From Octopus vulgaris (Eukaryota), in contig OX597819.1 of assembly GCA_951406725.2 (NCBI GenBank), positions 40,734,001 through 40,798,000 of the forward strand: a stretch of DNA of 64,000 nucleotides. Direction: 5' to 3'. Both the position numbers and the translations under genes were made by a program. This document shows positions 40,580 to 52,356 of this stretch, piece by piece. The notes below the pieces were generated by a model. The model made no database searches and was not told the origin of the DNA. It saw only the letters and a program-made list of their open reading frames with translations. Each line of letters begins with the position of its first letter. Positions within the stretch are counted from its first letter, which is position 1.

Positions 40580-40979
40580 ACGTATACATACATTTATACA
40601 TACGTGTATGTACGCACACACACATGGATTCTGAAAGGTGGACCAAGGTTTGACCGTGTACAACTTGATTTCACCAAGGCCGTCTACAAAGTTAAATAAC
40701 GTATCGACGGCTACTTTCTTGTTCACTTCTATTTAGCGTGTACATATGTGAATGTGTGTTTATATTTGTGTGTGTGTGTGCGCGCGCCTGTGTGTGCAAG
40801 TATGCTGTCGATAGCTTAAAAGGTGATTTTAAGCGCTCCGTATGTATGCATGTATGTATGTATGTATGTATGTATGTATGTATGTATGTATGTATGTATG
40901 TATGTATGTATGTATGTATGTATGTATGTATGTATGTATGTATGCATGTATGTATGTATGTGTGTATGTAGTGCGTATG

Positions 40980-41520
40980 TTCTGTTTTATTTTTAATTAT
41001 TTGAAGTTTTCCTGTAAGGTTTTTATCTACATTCCAACGACGTTGGAATGTTGATAAAAACAACGTCACGTTTTGAACTTAAGAAACGTTTTGGATATTC
41101 TCGCTGTTCTGCTTATATATTGTATCTGTAATATACGTGTTAACTGGTTGACTTCTGTCTACCTTTTTTTTTTTAAACTCTAGCTTTACTAGATTGTCAC
41201 ATTGGCATTTACTAACAAAACTAAGTGCACCAACTATTATTGGTATAAATGTGAATTTACAATTTAGGTTTAGCAGCTTTAGGTTTCGAAGCAGTTGTCC
41301 GTAGTTATCTGTTTTTTCTTTGAATTTTAAAGAGATATTCACATCAGCTAGGCAGCTGACCTCTTTGATGCTACGCACTTTTCATGTACATCCCAAACAA
41401 CTTTATCCAGGCCTGCTATGTTTGCACCTGGTAGAAGTTGTGATGGGGATGTTCCACCAATATTTCTGGTGTTGATGTTTATAGAGGCATTCAATAACAG
41501 GGGTTTCTCTATATCTATCC
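40980..41520 (-). mobile_element. R4/Dong-like endonuclease 3' fragment
   Basis: KYWWNIPITT..CKHSRP, EVSCLADVNISLKFKEKTDNYGQLLRNLKLL..FTFIPIIVGAL, homologous to 55000-55300; followed on its own strand by (CATA)n. Confidence 0.75.
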
Positions 41521-41559
41521 AAGGATGGTCTTTTTTTAGATAGCATTGTTTTTTTTTTG

Positions 41560-41720
41560 TTTTTGCGATAACAGACTGAAATGATCCGCAACTAATGTGC
41601 ACATCCTCTGATAATTCACGGATGGTGATTCGACGATTTCTCCTCACAGATGCATGCACATCTGCAGTGTTTTTCTCAGTTCTCATACAAAGATGCCCCT
41701 CCATCACCACATCATTTCGA
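41560..41720 (-). mobile_element. mariner transposase HTH fragment
   Basis: TEKNTADVHASVRRNRRITIRELSEDVHISCGSFQSVI. Confidence 0.65.
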
Positions 41721-43721
41721 AGGCTGTGGTTTAAAAAAAAAATTTTTAAGCCCTGAAAAAAATTTTCACAACAAATTTCTTTATAATCGTAATCTATGCC
41801 GTTTGAGAGGGTTTTTGTATAAATTTTCATTCATTATTTCATTCATTGTTTGCAATTTTCTCTCTCCCCTTCTCTCTCACACGTATTGTAAAGCTTACAG
41901 ATGGGCTGCTGAATTGAAATCTCTATGTTGCTTTGAGGGGAAGGTAAAACTTGACAAACTGCTTTCCCCTCTGTTGTTGGACTACCGTGATGTTTGTTTA
42001 AAAAAGAGAAATTATGACTGTGATAAAATAATGAAAGCAAATCTTACTAAGCAATTGAGCACCATTATACAAAGAAATAATTAGACGTAAAATATAACAA
42101 TTATTAGAACTGGGGATCAAATGTGAAAATATCAAGGGACAAGCAGGAAACCGCCCGGCGGGCGGTCTTTCTGCTAGCTAGAATAATTAAGATATATGTT
42201 TATGTTTTCCAAACGGTTGCTACTTATAAATCATATGGCAAATTCTGAATAGTAGAAATTACCAGTCATTAGTCAACTACATATTGCTTTCAAGTTTTGG
42301 CACAAGGCCAGCAATATCGGAGAAGGGAGTAAGTCGCTTACATCAACCCCAGGGCTCAAATGGTACTTACTTAATCGACCCCGAATGGATGAAATGCAAA
42401 ATCGACCTGGGAGGAATTCGTCAGCTAAGTATTAATTCCAATCTCCAGTAAGCCTTAAATTTTCTTTCTCTGATTACACCATCGAATAGTCGATTACTGA
42501 AGACGAACCCATTCATGATTTGAATTTAGAATGCAAAAAGTCGGAAGGAATACTGCAATGCGTTTTAACTATTTAAAGGAGCCGTATCTGAACCAAATAT
42601 TCCATCTGTTTTATGTTCAAACCAGTCAGATCCGGCCTGTCACACCTACCCTACAATGTTATTCTAAAAATAAACAATCACATCAGAGAAATCTCGAAGC
42701 TACGAGATAGTGCATGATTAATTAAAAATCTATAACAACAACAATATAAATAATTAAGCATCACATCTGATAGAGCAATCTGAATGTGAAAAGACTAAAG
42801 ATTCTGCCAGTCTGCGGTCTTTGAGCCATATTTGAAATGTAAAGCAGAGCAGGACTATTTCGACTTGATTCTAACAATTTCATTTCTAATTCCTATGCAT
42901 CTTGTACTTATATCCCTTCATTTACTTCTAGGTGTATAGTATTAAACTAAGCTTCTCTTTTAAGAGATGACCTTAGTTCAATTCTATATTTAAGAGATGA
43001 GGAATTATGTACATTATTTACATTTGACGGATATTTGTCCTCATTTTGTTTGTTGTTAACACGTTTTGGCTGATATACCCTCCAGCCTGAAGAAGGCTGG
43101 AGGGTCTAATTTAAACTTAAAATGTACTGAGTCGGAAGGAATAACGCCAAGTACCCGGATACTGGGATTCAAGTGTTTTGGTCAACCACCAAGTTCGTCA
43201 TTGCTCTCATTGTCTCTAGACTGTTGCTTTCGCTTTCTCGCGTTTATTACTCTTGACATTTTGCTAGATATGAAAAACCACTTTGTTATTAATTCATTGA
43301 TTTGGGCATTCACGTCAAACTAGTTTCGGTGTTTTCTTGTTATGTGACCCATGTACCCTGGAGAAGCTGCAGATCTGCCTGTCTTTACAGAGGTCCACAC
43401 ATTTTAAACTGTGATGCAATGTATCTGCTTTATGTAAGCATGTATGTATGTATGTATGTATGTATGTATGTATGTATGTATGTATGTATGTATGTATGTA
43501 CGTACGTACACATGAGCAGAAGTCATTGCACATGCGGATTTACATATTTTAATTTATATGTGTTCGCACACACATATTTACATATATAGAAAATTTGTCT
43601 CTATGCGTGTATGCACCAACTAGAGACTAAAGTATGCATGTATATTTATGTTTGTGTACGTGTGTGTGTATGTATGTGTGTGTGAGTGCGTGTGTGCGCA
43701 CGCGTGCGTTTGTGTGTATAT

Positions 43722-43758
43722 TTCTCTGAAGAAGATCCTTGCCCCCGAAACGTCAGAA
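43722..43758 (+). ncRNA. Degenerate minimal hammerhead-like motif
   Basis: ttct-CTGAAGA-(14 nt, poorly paired)-GAAACGTC-agaa. Confidence 0.4.
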
Positions 43759-43916
43759 GTCACCTCTTTTCACTGCATACGATCTTATCCCGTTTAATGA
43801 AGTTTGATCGCATTTATGATATATTAGACATCCATCAGATCACATAAGCGCACAAATATGTTAAACTCTTAATTTCGAAAAGTATATTTTAGGGAAGAGG
43901 CGATTCTATAACTTAC

Positions 43917-44111
43917 CCCATCTGTCACCAGTTGTTGTCGCCTGGAATCATACGCGTGAAAATCTTTGTATTCCCCTCGATAAATGTTATCGGTAATTTC
44001 TGTTTTTAAAAACGGGTTGCTCTTCAATGCGTGTACATAGTCTACAAACTCCATCCGGCCGCTATCATTGTACTTTTTCTTGAAGTGATTAATTGTAGCC
44101 GCAATAATCAC
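43917..44111 (-). CDS. Exon 3 of the uncharacterised secreted protein
   Basis: ttttcag acceptor, 195 nt open: VIIAATINHFKKKYNDSGRMEFVDYVHALKSNPFLKTEITDNIYRGEYKDFHAYDSRRQQLVTDG; donor gtaagt, phase 0. Confidence 0.85.
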
Positions 44112-44411
44112 CTGAAAATTAAAATATTTGTTAACGTCATAAGAATTTACAAAACTTCAAGAGAACGTGAAATAATTTGTTTAGGAACAGTGAAACTCGA
44201 TGCAAATAAAGCTGTAAATAACAGCGCATAAATATTGGGTTAGAAAAAGTCGAAGGCTTCTATTTTAAAGTTTCTTTTTAACCGAATATTTACACGTTAT
44301 TGTTTATAGCTTTATCTACTTCGAGTTTCATCGTTCCAAAAACATACTTGTATTTAATATGTACGGTATATATTACATACACGCGCGCACGTGCTCACTC
44401 ACTCACACACA

Positions 44412-44488
<77 letters not shown>

Positions 44489-44932
44489 ACAGAGGTACAG
44501 ACTCGCACTGACACACAGATAAACAGACAACCACACACACATGCATAAGCTCACACACAGAGTTTTTGGGAACAATAACCCACAAAAAAGTACTGTTATA
44601 GAAGCTAGTTGCATTGCGATGGGGAATATTTCAATAAAAATCAGTGGGAAAGAAAATATTTACAGTCAACTACTTCAAAACTATCAATTTCTCCTTGCAG
44701 ATTATATCTCTTTACTCTTTACTCTTTTACTTGTTTCAGTCATTTGACTGCGGCCATGCTGGAGCACCACCTTTAGTCGAGCAACTCGACCCCAGGACTC
44801 ATTCTTTTGTAAGCCCAGTACTTATTCTATCGGTGTCTTTTGCCGAACCGCTAAGTAACGGGGACATAAACACACCAACATCGGATGTCAAGCAATGCTA
44901 GGGGGACAAACACAGACACACAAACACACACA

Positions 44933-44994
<62 letters not shown>

Positions 44995-45204
44995 TATACG
45001 ACGGGCTTCTTTCAGTTTCCGTCTATCAAATCCACTCACAAGGCTTTGGTCGGCCCGAGGCTATAGTAGAAGACACTTGCCCAAGATGCCACGCAGTGGG
45101 ACTGAACCCGGAACCATGTGGTTGGTAAACAAGCTACTTACCACACAGCCACTCAAATATATATTTATAATTGATTCTATTGATAATGTTGTAATTTAAT
45201 TTTT

Positions 45205-45520
45205 TTTTTATTTATGTGCCCTTTTCAAGCCTAGCCAGGCTCATGGGCCCGGTTTCCCGGTTTCTGTGGCGTATGTGTTCCCCCCACAAGCTGAACGGGA
45301 GGCCAGTCCATCGCAGTGTTACTCAAGAAACAAGAAGAAAGAATGAAAGAAAGTTGGGACGAAAGAGAACAACAGGGGTCGCCACCCCCCCCTGCCGGAG
45401 CCTCGTGGAACTTTAGGTGTTTTCGCTCAATAAACACACGCAACGCCCGGTCTGGGAATCGATACCGCTATCCTCCGACTGCGAGTCCGCTGCCTAACCA
45501 CTGGGCCATTGCGCCTCCAA
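45205..45520 (-). mobile_element. tRNA-derived SINE family C
   Basis: ggaggcgcaatggcccagtggttagg...ggtatcgattccc head with an A-rich tail; related heads at about 34273-34490(+) and 1745-1920(-). Confidence 0.7.
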
Positions 45521-45801
45521 CGTTGTACTTATGTTATTAAAAAGAAAAATAGAAATGAAATTTGAATGCAAGTTATATCACCTCAACAAACTTGACATAT
45601 CTTAACAGAAAGGAGCTTCAAATACGATATTCCTTGACAAAAGTTGGATTGGTATATAAAACTGCTTTCATCAGTTAAGGGAGTAAGGAAATTTTGAGTG
45701 AATATATCTACTTTCCGCAGTAAAAGGGTTCAGAAACAGAAACTGCAGTTTCAGGTAGTGCCATCTTAAGGCATGGACATATTGGACGGTGGCCCGGGGG
45801 C

Positions 45802-46345
45802 GAAATCTTTTTCCCGCGAGAATTCCGAACCCCAGTTATGAACTCATTTGCATACAACCAATCAGATCTCAACTATCAAACTAATTTATTAGCGCATAAG
45901 AATTGACAGACAATAAGATAAGGTCACTTGGGTAAGGAATGACCATGCTTCTTTTCACTTTTAATAATGCTTGTTGTTCTTGTTCTTGTTTCAACCGTGG
46001 CTGCCTCTGCGTAGTTATTTGTGTTGTTGTTTAATATGTAAAACAGTAAAGGGAGAAGGTTGCTAGCACATTACCCTCTATCCACATTTTCCCCATCCAC
46101 ATCTTCACCATATGGGGCCCTAACAAAATCTGATAATAGGTATAGATGCAAATCTATCTAATTACTTGTCTCCTATAATCAGTCATAACTTGGCGATCGG
46201 TCGACTTACAATTCCGTTCTTCGTCTCGAGTTTACTTGGTAGAGTGTGTTTGTTAACTTGACAACAAGATCAAGGTGAGCTCTGATTAGGTGTATGCAAA
46301 TGAGTTCATTATTGGGGTCCGGAACTCTCGTGGGAAAAAATTTCA
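45802..46345. mobile_element. MITE of the same TIR family, opposite orientation
   Basis: Same TIRs; the asymmetric subterminal flanks (ctcaactatcaaact vs ctcaccttga) are swapped relative to 39100-39520. Confidence 0.7.
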
Positions 46346-46527
46346 CTACCCAGGGCCCTCACGGATCTAGGGGCACCAATGTTTTTCTCTGATGTGGTGT
46401 ATATAAAAACCCAACTCTTTTTGCTTTGTTCTGGCGGCCCGTGTGAACAGACCATTCATACTCTATTAAAAAGATCAGCCTGTAATTGCAACAAAAGCAT
46501 TAAAAGCTTTTCTAATACATACATACA

Positions 46528-46563
<36 letters not shown>

Positions 46564-46567
46564 TATG

Positions 46568-46628
<61 letters not shown>

Positions 46629-47388
46629 ATACATATATATATATACATACACACACACACATATATATATATACACACACACACGTCCTACATAGATACA
46701 TACATACATGCATACATACATATATGCATACTTACGTACGTACGTACGTATATGAATGTATGAATATACAGTGTGTGAAACAAATGTTAGTGCAAGTGCA
46801 GAAGTCATCAAAGTAGTGTTCAGAGAAAGCAAATCCTTAAACTCCAGCTTTTTAATCAGGACGGGGTCATTCAGATGTAGAACAGTCGGTTAGCAGAATG
46901 ACCTAAATGAACGTATATCAATGAGGAGAGACAAACAAACACATTATAGGTTTCAGGAATGTATTTGTATAAATTACTGTGTATACATTTTACAGGATGT
47001 TAGCAGGCCTTGTTTTTATAGTTGTTTCAAGTGATCAATCAATAGTTGATATTAACACTGCATATTATGTTGATAAGTGTAATAGTTAGGTAATATTAAT
47101 TAATCTTAAACACATAAGAAAAGAAGATACATGCTTAGATGTTTATGATTAATATTCTTTATTGCTCTAGGCACAAGACCCGAAAATTTTGGGGAAGGGG
47201 CCAGTCGATTAGATCGACCCCAGTACGCAACTGGTTCTTAATTCATCGACCTCGAAAGAATGAAAGGCAAAGTCGACCTCGGTGGAATTTGAACTCAGAA
47301 CGTAGAGACAGGCGAAATACCAGCATTTATGATTAATATTGCCCCAGTATTACATCTGTCCACAGAATATGCATTATTATATCAATTA

Positions 47389-47779
47389 CTACCAGTATCG
47401 CCCGGCGTTGCTTGGGTTTGTTTCGACCCATTAGAATTGGAATTTTTGAAAAGTAAAAATTTTGCATTACGTAGCTTTTTATTCTCTTTAAGTGGACTTT
47501 TTCTGGTTGAAATACACCGAAAAATGGCGACACAGCAGTCAAAACATCGTAAAAAATGGGGATTTTTATAGAAAAAAAAGCACCTTATTGATGTAAATAA
47601 TTTTTGGTCTTAACATGGTTCAATTTGAATTTTATCTTCTACGGAAGGAAGAGCAAGCCTTCTTCTATCATACTCTCAATTTTGGTCAACTTGCGCTGCA
47701 GGGTCCGGGGGAGATAGTGTTAGTTGAAGGCTACCAAACCTGCCACGCACAGACAAATTCAACTTTATATATATATAGA
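47389..47779 (-). mobile_element. Non-autonomous Helitron
   Basis: A|TCTATATATAT 5' end; 3' cccaagcaacgccgggcgatactgGTAG|T, nearly identical to the 16561-16588 terminus. Confidence 0.75.
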
Positions 47780-48175
47780 TTTACTAATCATTTTAAACAA
47801 AGCCAGCTTACATCATACAATTTTCCATACAAATAGATTCCTAACATCTATAATTGTTTGTCCGTCATTCCTTCTGCTCTCTCTGTCTCTTTCTCTGTTT
47901 GTCTTTATTTCTTTCTCTTCTTTTCTCCCCCACACTCTCTCTATATATTGTTGCTATTATGTTAAACTGTCGTATGTCCAAATTTGGCCAAATGTGTTTT
48001 TTTTTTCTATAGCCGGTTCTTTTAGTCAAACTATCGTATCTCATGCTGCTTCAGATGCCAAGATAGCAAAAATTATCAAAGTGTAGTAAAACGGTTTTGC
48101 TACGGAATGACGAAATAGTTTTTTCGTTTTCTGAAAAAGCAACGCTTTGGACTTACGACACTTTTGTATAACAGC

Positions 48176-48217
<42 letters not shown>

Positions 48218-48476
48218 ACGGTGTCGAGCCTTTCTGGTGACGTCGATGTTCGCCTGGGGCTAAATGCAACAGTAACACCCCCACCACCCTGCCCTGTCCC
48301 TAGCCATATTCAGATGGCTTTAGTCCCTTATGTTATCGAGCAGTTACTGTCTATATCCCTTTTAGAGAATTATTATTGCTTTCGAACAGATTTTCGAAAT
48401 CAGCAAATGTATTTTGCTTGAAAATCTATATAAGAAAATCCTGCAGAGAGAGAATTCGTCGAGGAAGCGGAGGCCT

Positions 48477-48528
48477 ACCACACGCCGATGATAGGCAATA
48501 CACCTTGAAACCATGGTCCGTGTGTGGT
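48477..48528 (+). ncRNA. Type I hammerhead ribozyme (variant core), array unit 1
   Basis: Stem I acacg/cgtgt, core CCGATGA, stem II t-agg-caataca-cct-t, GAAA, palindromic stem III ACCATGGT, GUC triplet at 48516-48518. Confidence 0.75.
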
Positions 48529-48836
48529 TTCCGCTTCATCGGGGAATTACCTCCCTTTGCAGGTTAAGGGCACCGTGACGGTGTCGAGCCTTTCTGGTGA
48601 CGTCGATGTTCGCCTGGGGCTAAATGCAACAGTAACACCCCCACCACCCTGCCCTGTCCCTAGCCATATTCAGATGGCTTTAGTCCCTTATGTTATCGAG
48701 CAGTTACTGTCTATATCCCTTTTAGAGAATTATTATTGCTTTCGAACAGATTTTCGAAATCAGCAAATGTATTTTGCTTGAAAATCTATATAAGAAAATC
48801 CTGCAGAGAGAGAATTCGTCGAGGAAGCGGAGGCCT

Positions 48837-48888
48837 ACCACACGCCGATGATAGGCAATACACCTTGAAACCATGGTCCGTGTGTGGT
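48837..48888 (+). ncRNA. Type I hammerhead ribozyme (variant core), array unit 2
   Basis: Identical to unit 1; predicted cleavage after 48878. Confidence 0.75.
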
Positions 48889-49175
48889 TTCCACTTCATC
48901 GGGGAATTACCTCCCTTTGCAGGTTAAGGGCACCGTGACGGTGTCGAGCCTTTCTGGTGACGTCGATGTTCGCCTGGGGCTAAATGCAACAGTAACACCC
49001 CCACCACCCTGCCCTGTCCCTAGCCATATTCAGATGGCTTTAGTCCCTTATGTTATATATATATATATATATATATAACGGGAAGCTTTATGAAAATAAA
49101 CAAAAGACGAAGGCAGGTGGAGTATAAACAAACAATTGTATTAGTATGGCGCTCAGGAATATAAATAAAACAAGT

Positions 49176-49211
49176 CTTTTACGTTTCGAGCCTACGCTCT
49201 TCAACAGAAAG
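49176..49211 (-). ncRNA. Minimal hammerhead-like motif in a Penelope-type terminal repeat (element about 49078-49330)
   Basis: cttt-CTGTTGAA-gagc-gtag-gctc-GAAACGTA-aaag; core has one extra nucleotide, stem III reduced to the ACGT palindrome. Confidence 0.55.
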
Positions 49212-49717
49212 ATACACAGAAAGGAAACACAGAAAGAAAAAAAATGCGTGCAGAGGCTAGCGGATCAACATGGCGATCTGATTTCGGCCAGAAGTCAAAG
49301 ATCAAACGTGAGACACAAGAGCGAAATTAGGGGAGATGATTGGGTTAAATGACCTCGCCCCAACATAAGAGTGTGTGTGTGTATGAGAGAGTATGTATGA
49401 GAGAGTATGTAGTGCGTATGAGAGGTCTGGACGTGTGTATGTATATATGATGTGATGTGTAAAGTCGGATGGTGTAGTGTAGAGAGAGGAGATGAGGGGG
49501 AACACTATACATATATTTACTACACACACACACGCATTTGTGTGCACGCATGTGTGTGTATACGTGTACATATATGTTTATATATAGATATATATATTGG
49601 CCTGCTCGCTTAGCCAGCGGTGTGGCCTCATTTCAAGGCTAAAACAATGTGAAGCCCATTGTGACCAGCGATGTGTAGCCTGGTCGGTCACGTGATATAT
49701 ATATATTTGTATGTATG

Positions 49718-49767
<50 letters not shown>

Positions 49768-49820
49768 TACGTATACACATATGAATATATATATACACAT
49801 AGATATGCATATTTTATATA

Positions 49821-49896
<76 letters not shown>

Positions 49897-50174
49897 GTCT
49901 GTCTGTCTATCTATCTATCGTCAAGCAATGCATGTGATAGCATATAACTGGCCAGAATGTTACCGCCAGTTCACATCGAATATTGCCACTAGATAATGTT
50001 GACGACTTTTCAGACTTTCTGGCCGGAAGTGCATGTCCTCTTTTATGCTAGCGGTATATACACTGTACGTTGTGACAAAACTGGAACGAAGCATAGTGAA
50101 AAATACATTTTGGGAGAAGAGTTCTTCTCCATAATTTGGTGATAGCCATGGGTGGTGGAGCGTGTAAACTATGC

Positions 50175-50232
<58 letters not shown>

Positions 50233-50339
50233 GAGAGAGGAAGAAAGAGATTGCTCATAAATTGAGATGATCATATCGCCAATTGAGATTATCATATTAC
50301 CTTTATGTAGGGAGCCTCCAAGAATTTCACTTTTCGATT

Positions 50340-50620
50340 TTAGGAAAGCACTCTCAGCGAAGCACAGTCTGCGTCTTCCAACTTAAGATACAGCCCAGAA
50401 CGTTCCAGCAGTCTCCAGTTCATGTTATATGATATTGCTCCCCCTTTTACTCTCCATATATGGAAAGTTAACTCTGTAATACTCTCCTGGATTTCAAAAG
50501 AGGATCCATGATTATTTAACCTGGTCTTAAAGAAACGCTCTGTAGTTCCGACACATTTCTGTAAAGGTGTCGTTCCTTTGGTGTTGTTCGATATTTCTGC
50601 TTCGTTGACCACGGCGTCTG
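50340..50620 (-). mobile_element. Penelope-like GIY-YIG endonuclease fragment
   Basis: CVGTTERFFKTRLNNHGSSF...TELTFHIWRVK...YNMNWRLLE matches the PLE pattern YIGxTxxxFKxRxxNHxSSF...TELSxHIWxLK...IxWxIL. Confidence 0.75.
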
Positions 50621-50839
50621 CGTTAACCTTTCACTGGGCTTGTACTTTAAACTATACGCGAGCATCCTGCTTCTACCCATAGTTCAGCAGTACTAATATT
50701 TTTTGACACTAAGTGCACAGCTGAATGCAACTCTTAAGTTGGATATTTTATTATATCTACATATCTTAGGATCATAAGTCGCGAATGCCCCAACCATTAA
50801 ACTACAAACGAAGAACAGAAAATATAATATATTGCTTAC

Positions 50840-51021
50840 TTGTAAATTTTCGTTCAGTGTTCTAATAGTAGCGTTGTTGAGGTCACCATAGTTGACAGCC
50901 ATTTTACAGTAATAAGGAACACGGTCTGAATTCATGAGGTCATCAACAGAATTGCTTCTCCATAACTTTCGGGCATTAATTACAACATCGGATATTTTAT
51001 CCAAGTCAAGAATATCAGTAC
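50840..51021 (-). CDS. Exon 2 of the uncharacterised secreted protein
   Basis: Long pyrimidine tract plus ttttag acceptor; (G)TDILDLDKISDVVINARKLWRSNSVDDLMNSDRVPYYCKMAVNYGDLNNATIRTLNENLQ; donor gtaagc, phase 0. Confidence 0.8.
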
Positions 51022-51776
51022 CTAAAATTGTTGGTAAGATGAATGACATAAAAAGAAATTTAGTAAAATGAGAAAGTGTAACCGTAGCATTTTATACAGG
51101 ATTCTTTTGAGAATTGATATGAAAACAAATTAATTATAAAAAAAAAAAAAAAGTGACTGTGAATTGTTCTCGTTATGTCTATCACTGCAGTTTTATTTTT
51201 AGCTACAAAAAAATGTGCTTAAATATTTATTTGTAACTGACTGAATGTTTAACTTTCGAACACTTAGATTTTTGCGCCACACACAAACACGAAACAATCA
51301 ACAATTAGTTAATAACTCAGTGAACAAGATTCGTAAAATGAGAAAGCAAACTCCAGATTGGTTACCTGAAAATCTATAATCCTTTTCATATTACCTTTTA
51401 TAACTACAATAGTTTCTGTATTTATCATATATCTTGTTTTATTTTGCAAACTGATTGTAAAATCTACACTCCTAGGCCCTATTTCAAGTCATACAAAGAA
51501 AGCAAATATTCAGTTTTTAATTTGCACTATGCTATTTCTAGCTTTCTTCCGTAAAACATTCCCTTAAAACTATGTCCAATGTTTTACTGTGAATGCATTA
51601 ATTTTTTTTAAAGATAAGCATTCGTTTTTGTAGATAATTCAGTGAAAAAGAAGAAAAAAAAGAGAAAAATAATTAGCCACCATATTTACCTCAGTTTGGG
51701 TCAATAATGATGCCTAAATCCAAATATTGTGTAAATTGCTTTTAATTACTGAATCACACACGCACACACAAACACA

Positions 51777-51928
<152 letters not shown>

Positions 51929-52163
51929 AGTTTTATGATGGTTAAGTTTCCAACTATTCTAAGTAGCAACAAAATAAGCTATTTTTTGTTTTACAGACAG
52001 CTTTTTAACTGATGGAAAACAGCTAATTTTGTTTGTTTTTTTTTTTTGAATAAATACTCTACTCACCCTAAAGGCATTAGTAATAATAAATGTAGTACAA
52101 GATACGTTAAGGTTTGGTTTGAATTTCTATTAAAATATCTCTGTTGGAATATTCGGTACGTAC

Positions 52164-52215
52164 CACTTGCGTACACAACCGCAAAAAGGAAAAAGACTGG
52201 AGCTGAAAACTTCAT
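52164..52215 (-). CDS. Exon 1 (signal peptide) of an uncharacterised secreted 284-aa protein
   Basis: aaaccATG start, MKFSAPVFFLFAVVYAS-G, donor G|gtacgt in phase 1, matching the phase-1 acceptor at 51021. Confidence 0.7.
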
Positions 52216-52348
52216 GGTTTGTTTTGGTCGCCTGATTCGTTTCCAACTTACAGAGGCCTTTCACTTTGAGCTTAGTTTATATTACTTATTCTAGCAGATG
52301 GTTCATTCTCAAGACAATTGTTCATTGAAAGTGAAAAGGTCACGCCCA

Positions 52349-52356
52349 CTTATATA
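52349..52356 (-). promoter_or_regulatory. Candidate TATA box of the secreted-protein gene
   Basis: TATATAAG followed by GC-richer tgggcgtg, about 135 nt upstream of ATG 52215. It lies at the edge of a (TA)n run, so it may be incidental. Confidence 0.3.

Larger units (their letters stand above)
48216..49056 (+). mobile_element. Non-LTR retrozyme-like tandem array: 360-bp unit x about 2.3, one hammerhead per full unit
   Basis: Exact 360-bp period (48216, 48576, 48936); one substitution seen between full units (48533 G vs 48893 A); (TA)n on both sides; no credible ORF. Confidence 0.8.

Noticed and set aside
48164-49078. Repeated 63-85 aa ORFs in the 360-bp array
   Set aside because: They are by-products of the tandem repeat, several start at non-ATG codons, and none has protein motifs; RNA structure explains the unit better.
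51022-51090. ATG 51049 (MSFILPTILG) or ATG 51090 as the start of the secreted-protein gene
   Set aside because: This stretch looks like a polypyrimidine tract ending in ttttag, and the exon at 52215-52164 supplies a better signal peptide in the right phase. The 51090 frame stops after 22 codons. ATG 51049 cannot be fully excluded as an alternative.
51690-51713. 24-nt micro-exon (tttag...GAG|gtaaat) in intron 1
   Set aside because: In the required phase 1 it introduces TGA, so it is not part of the coding model.
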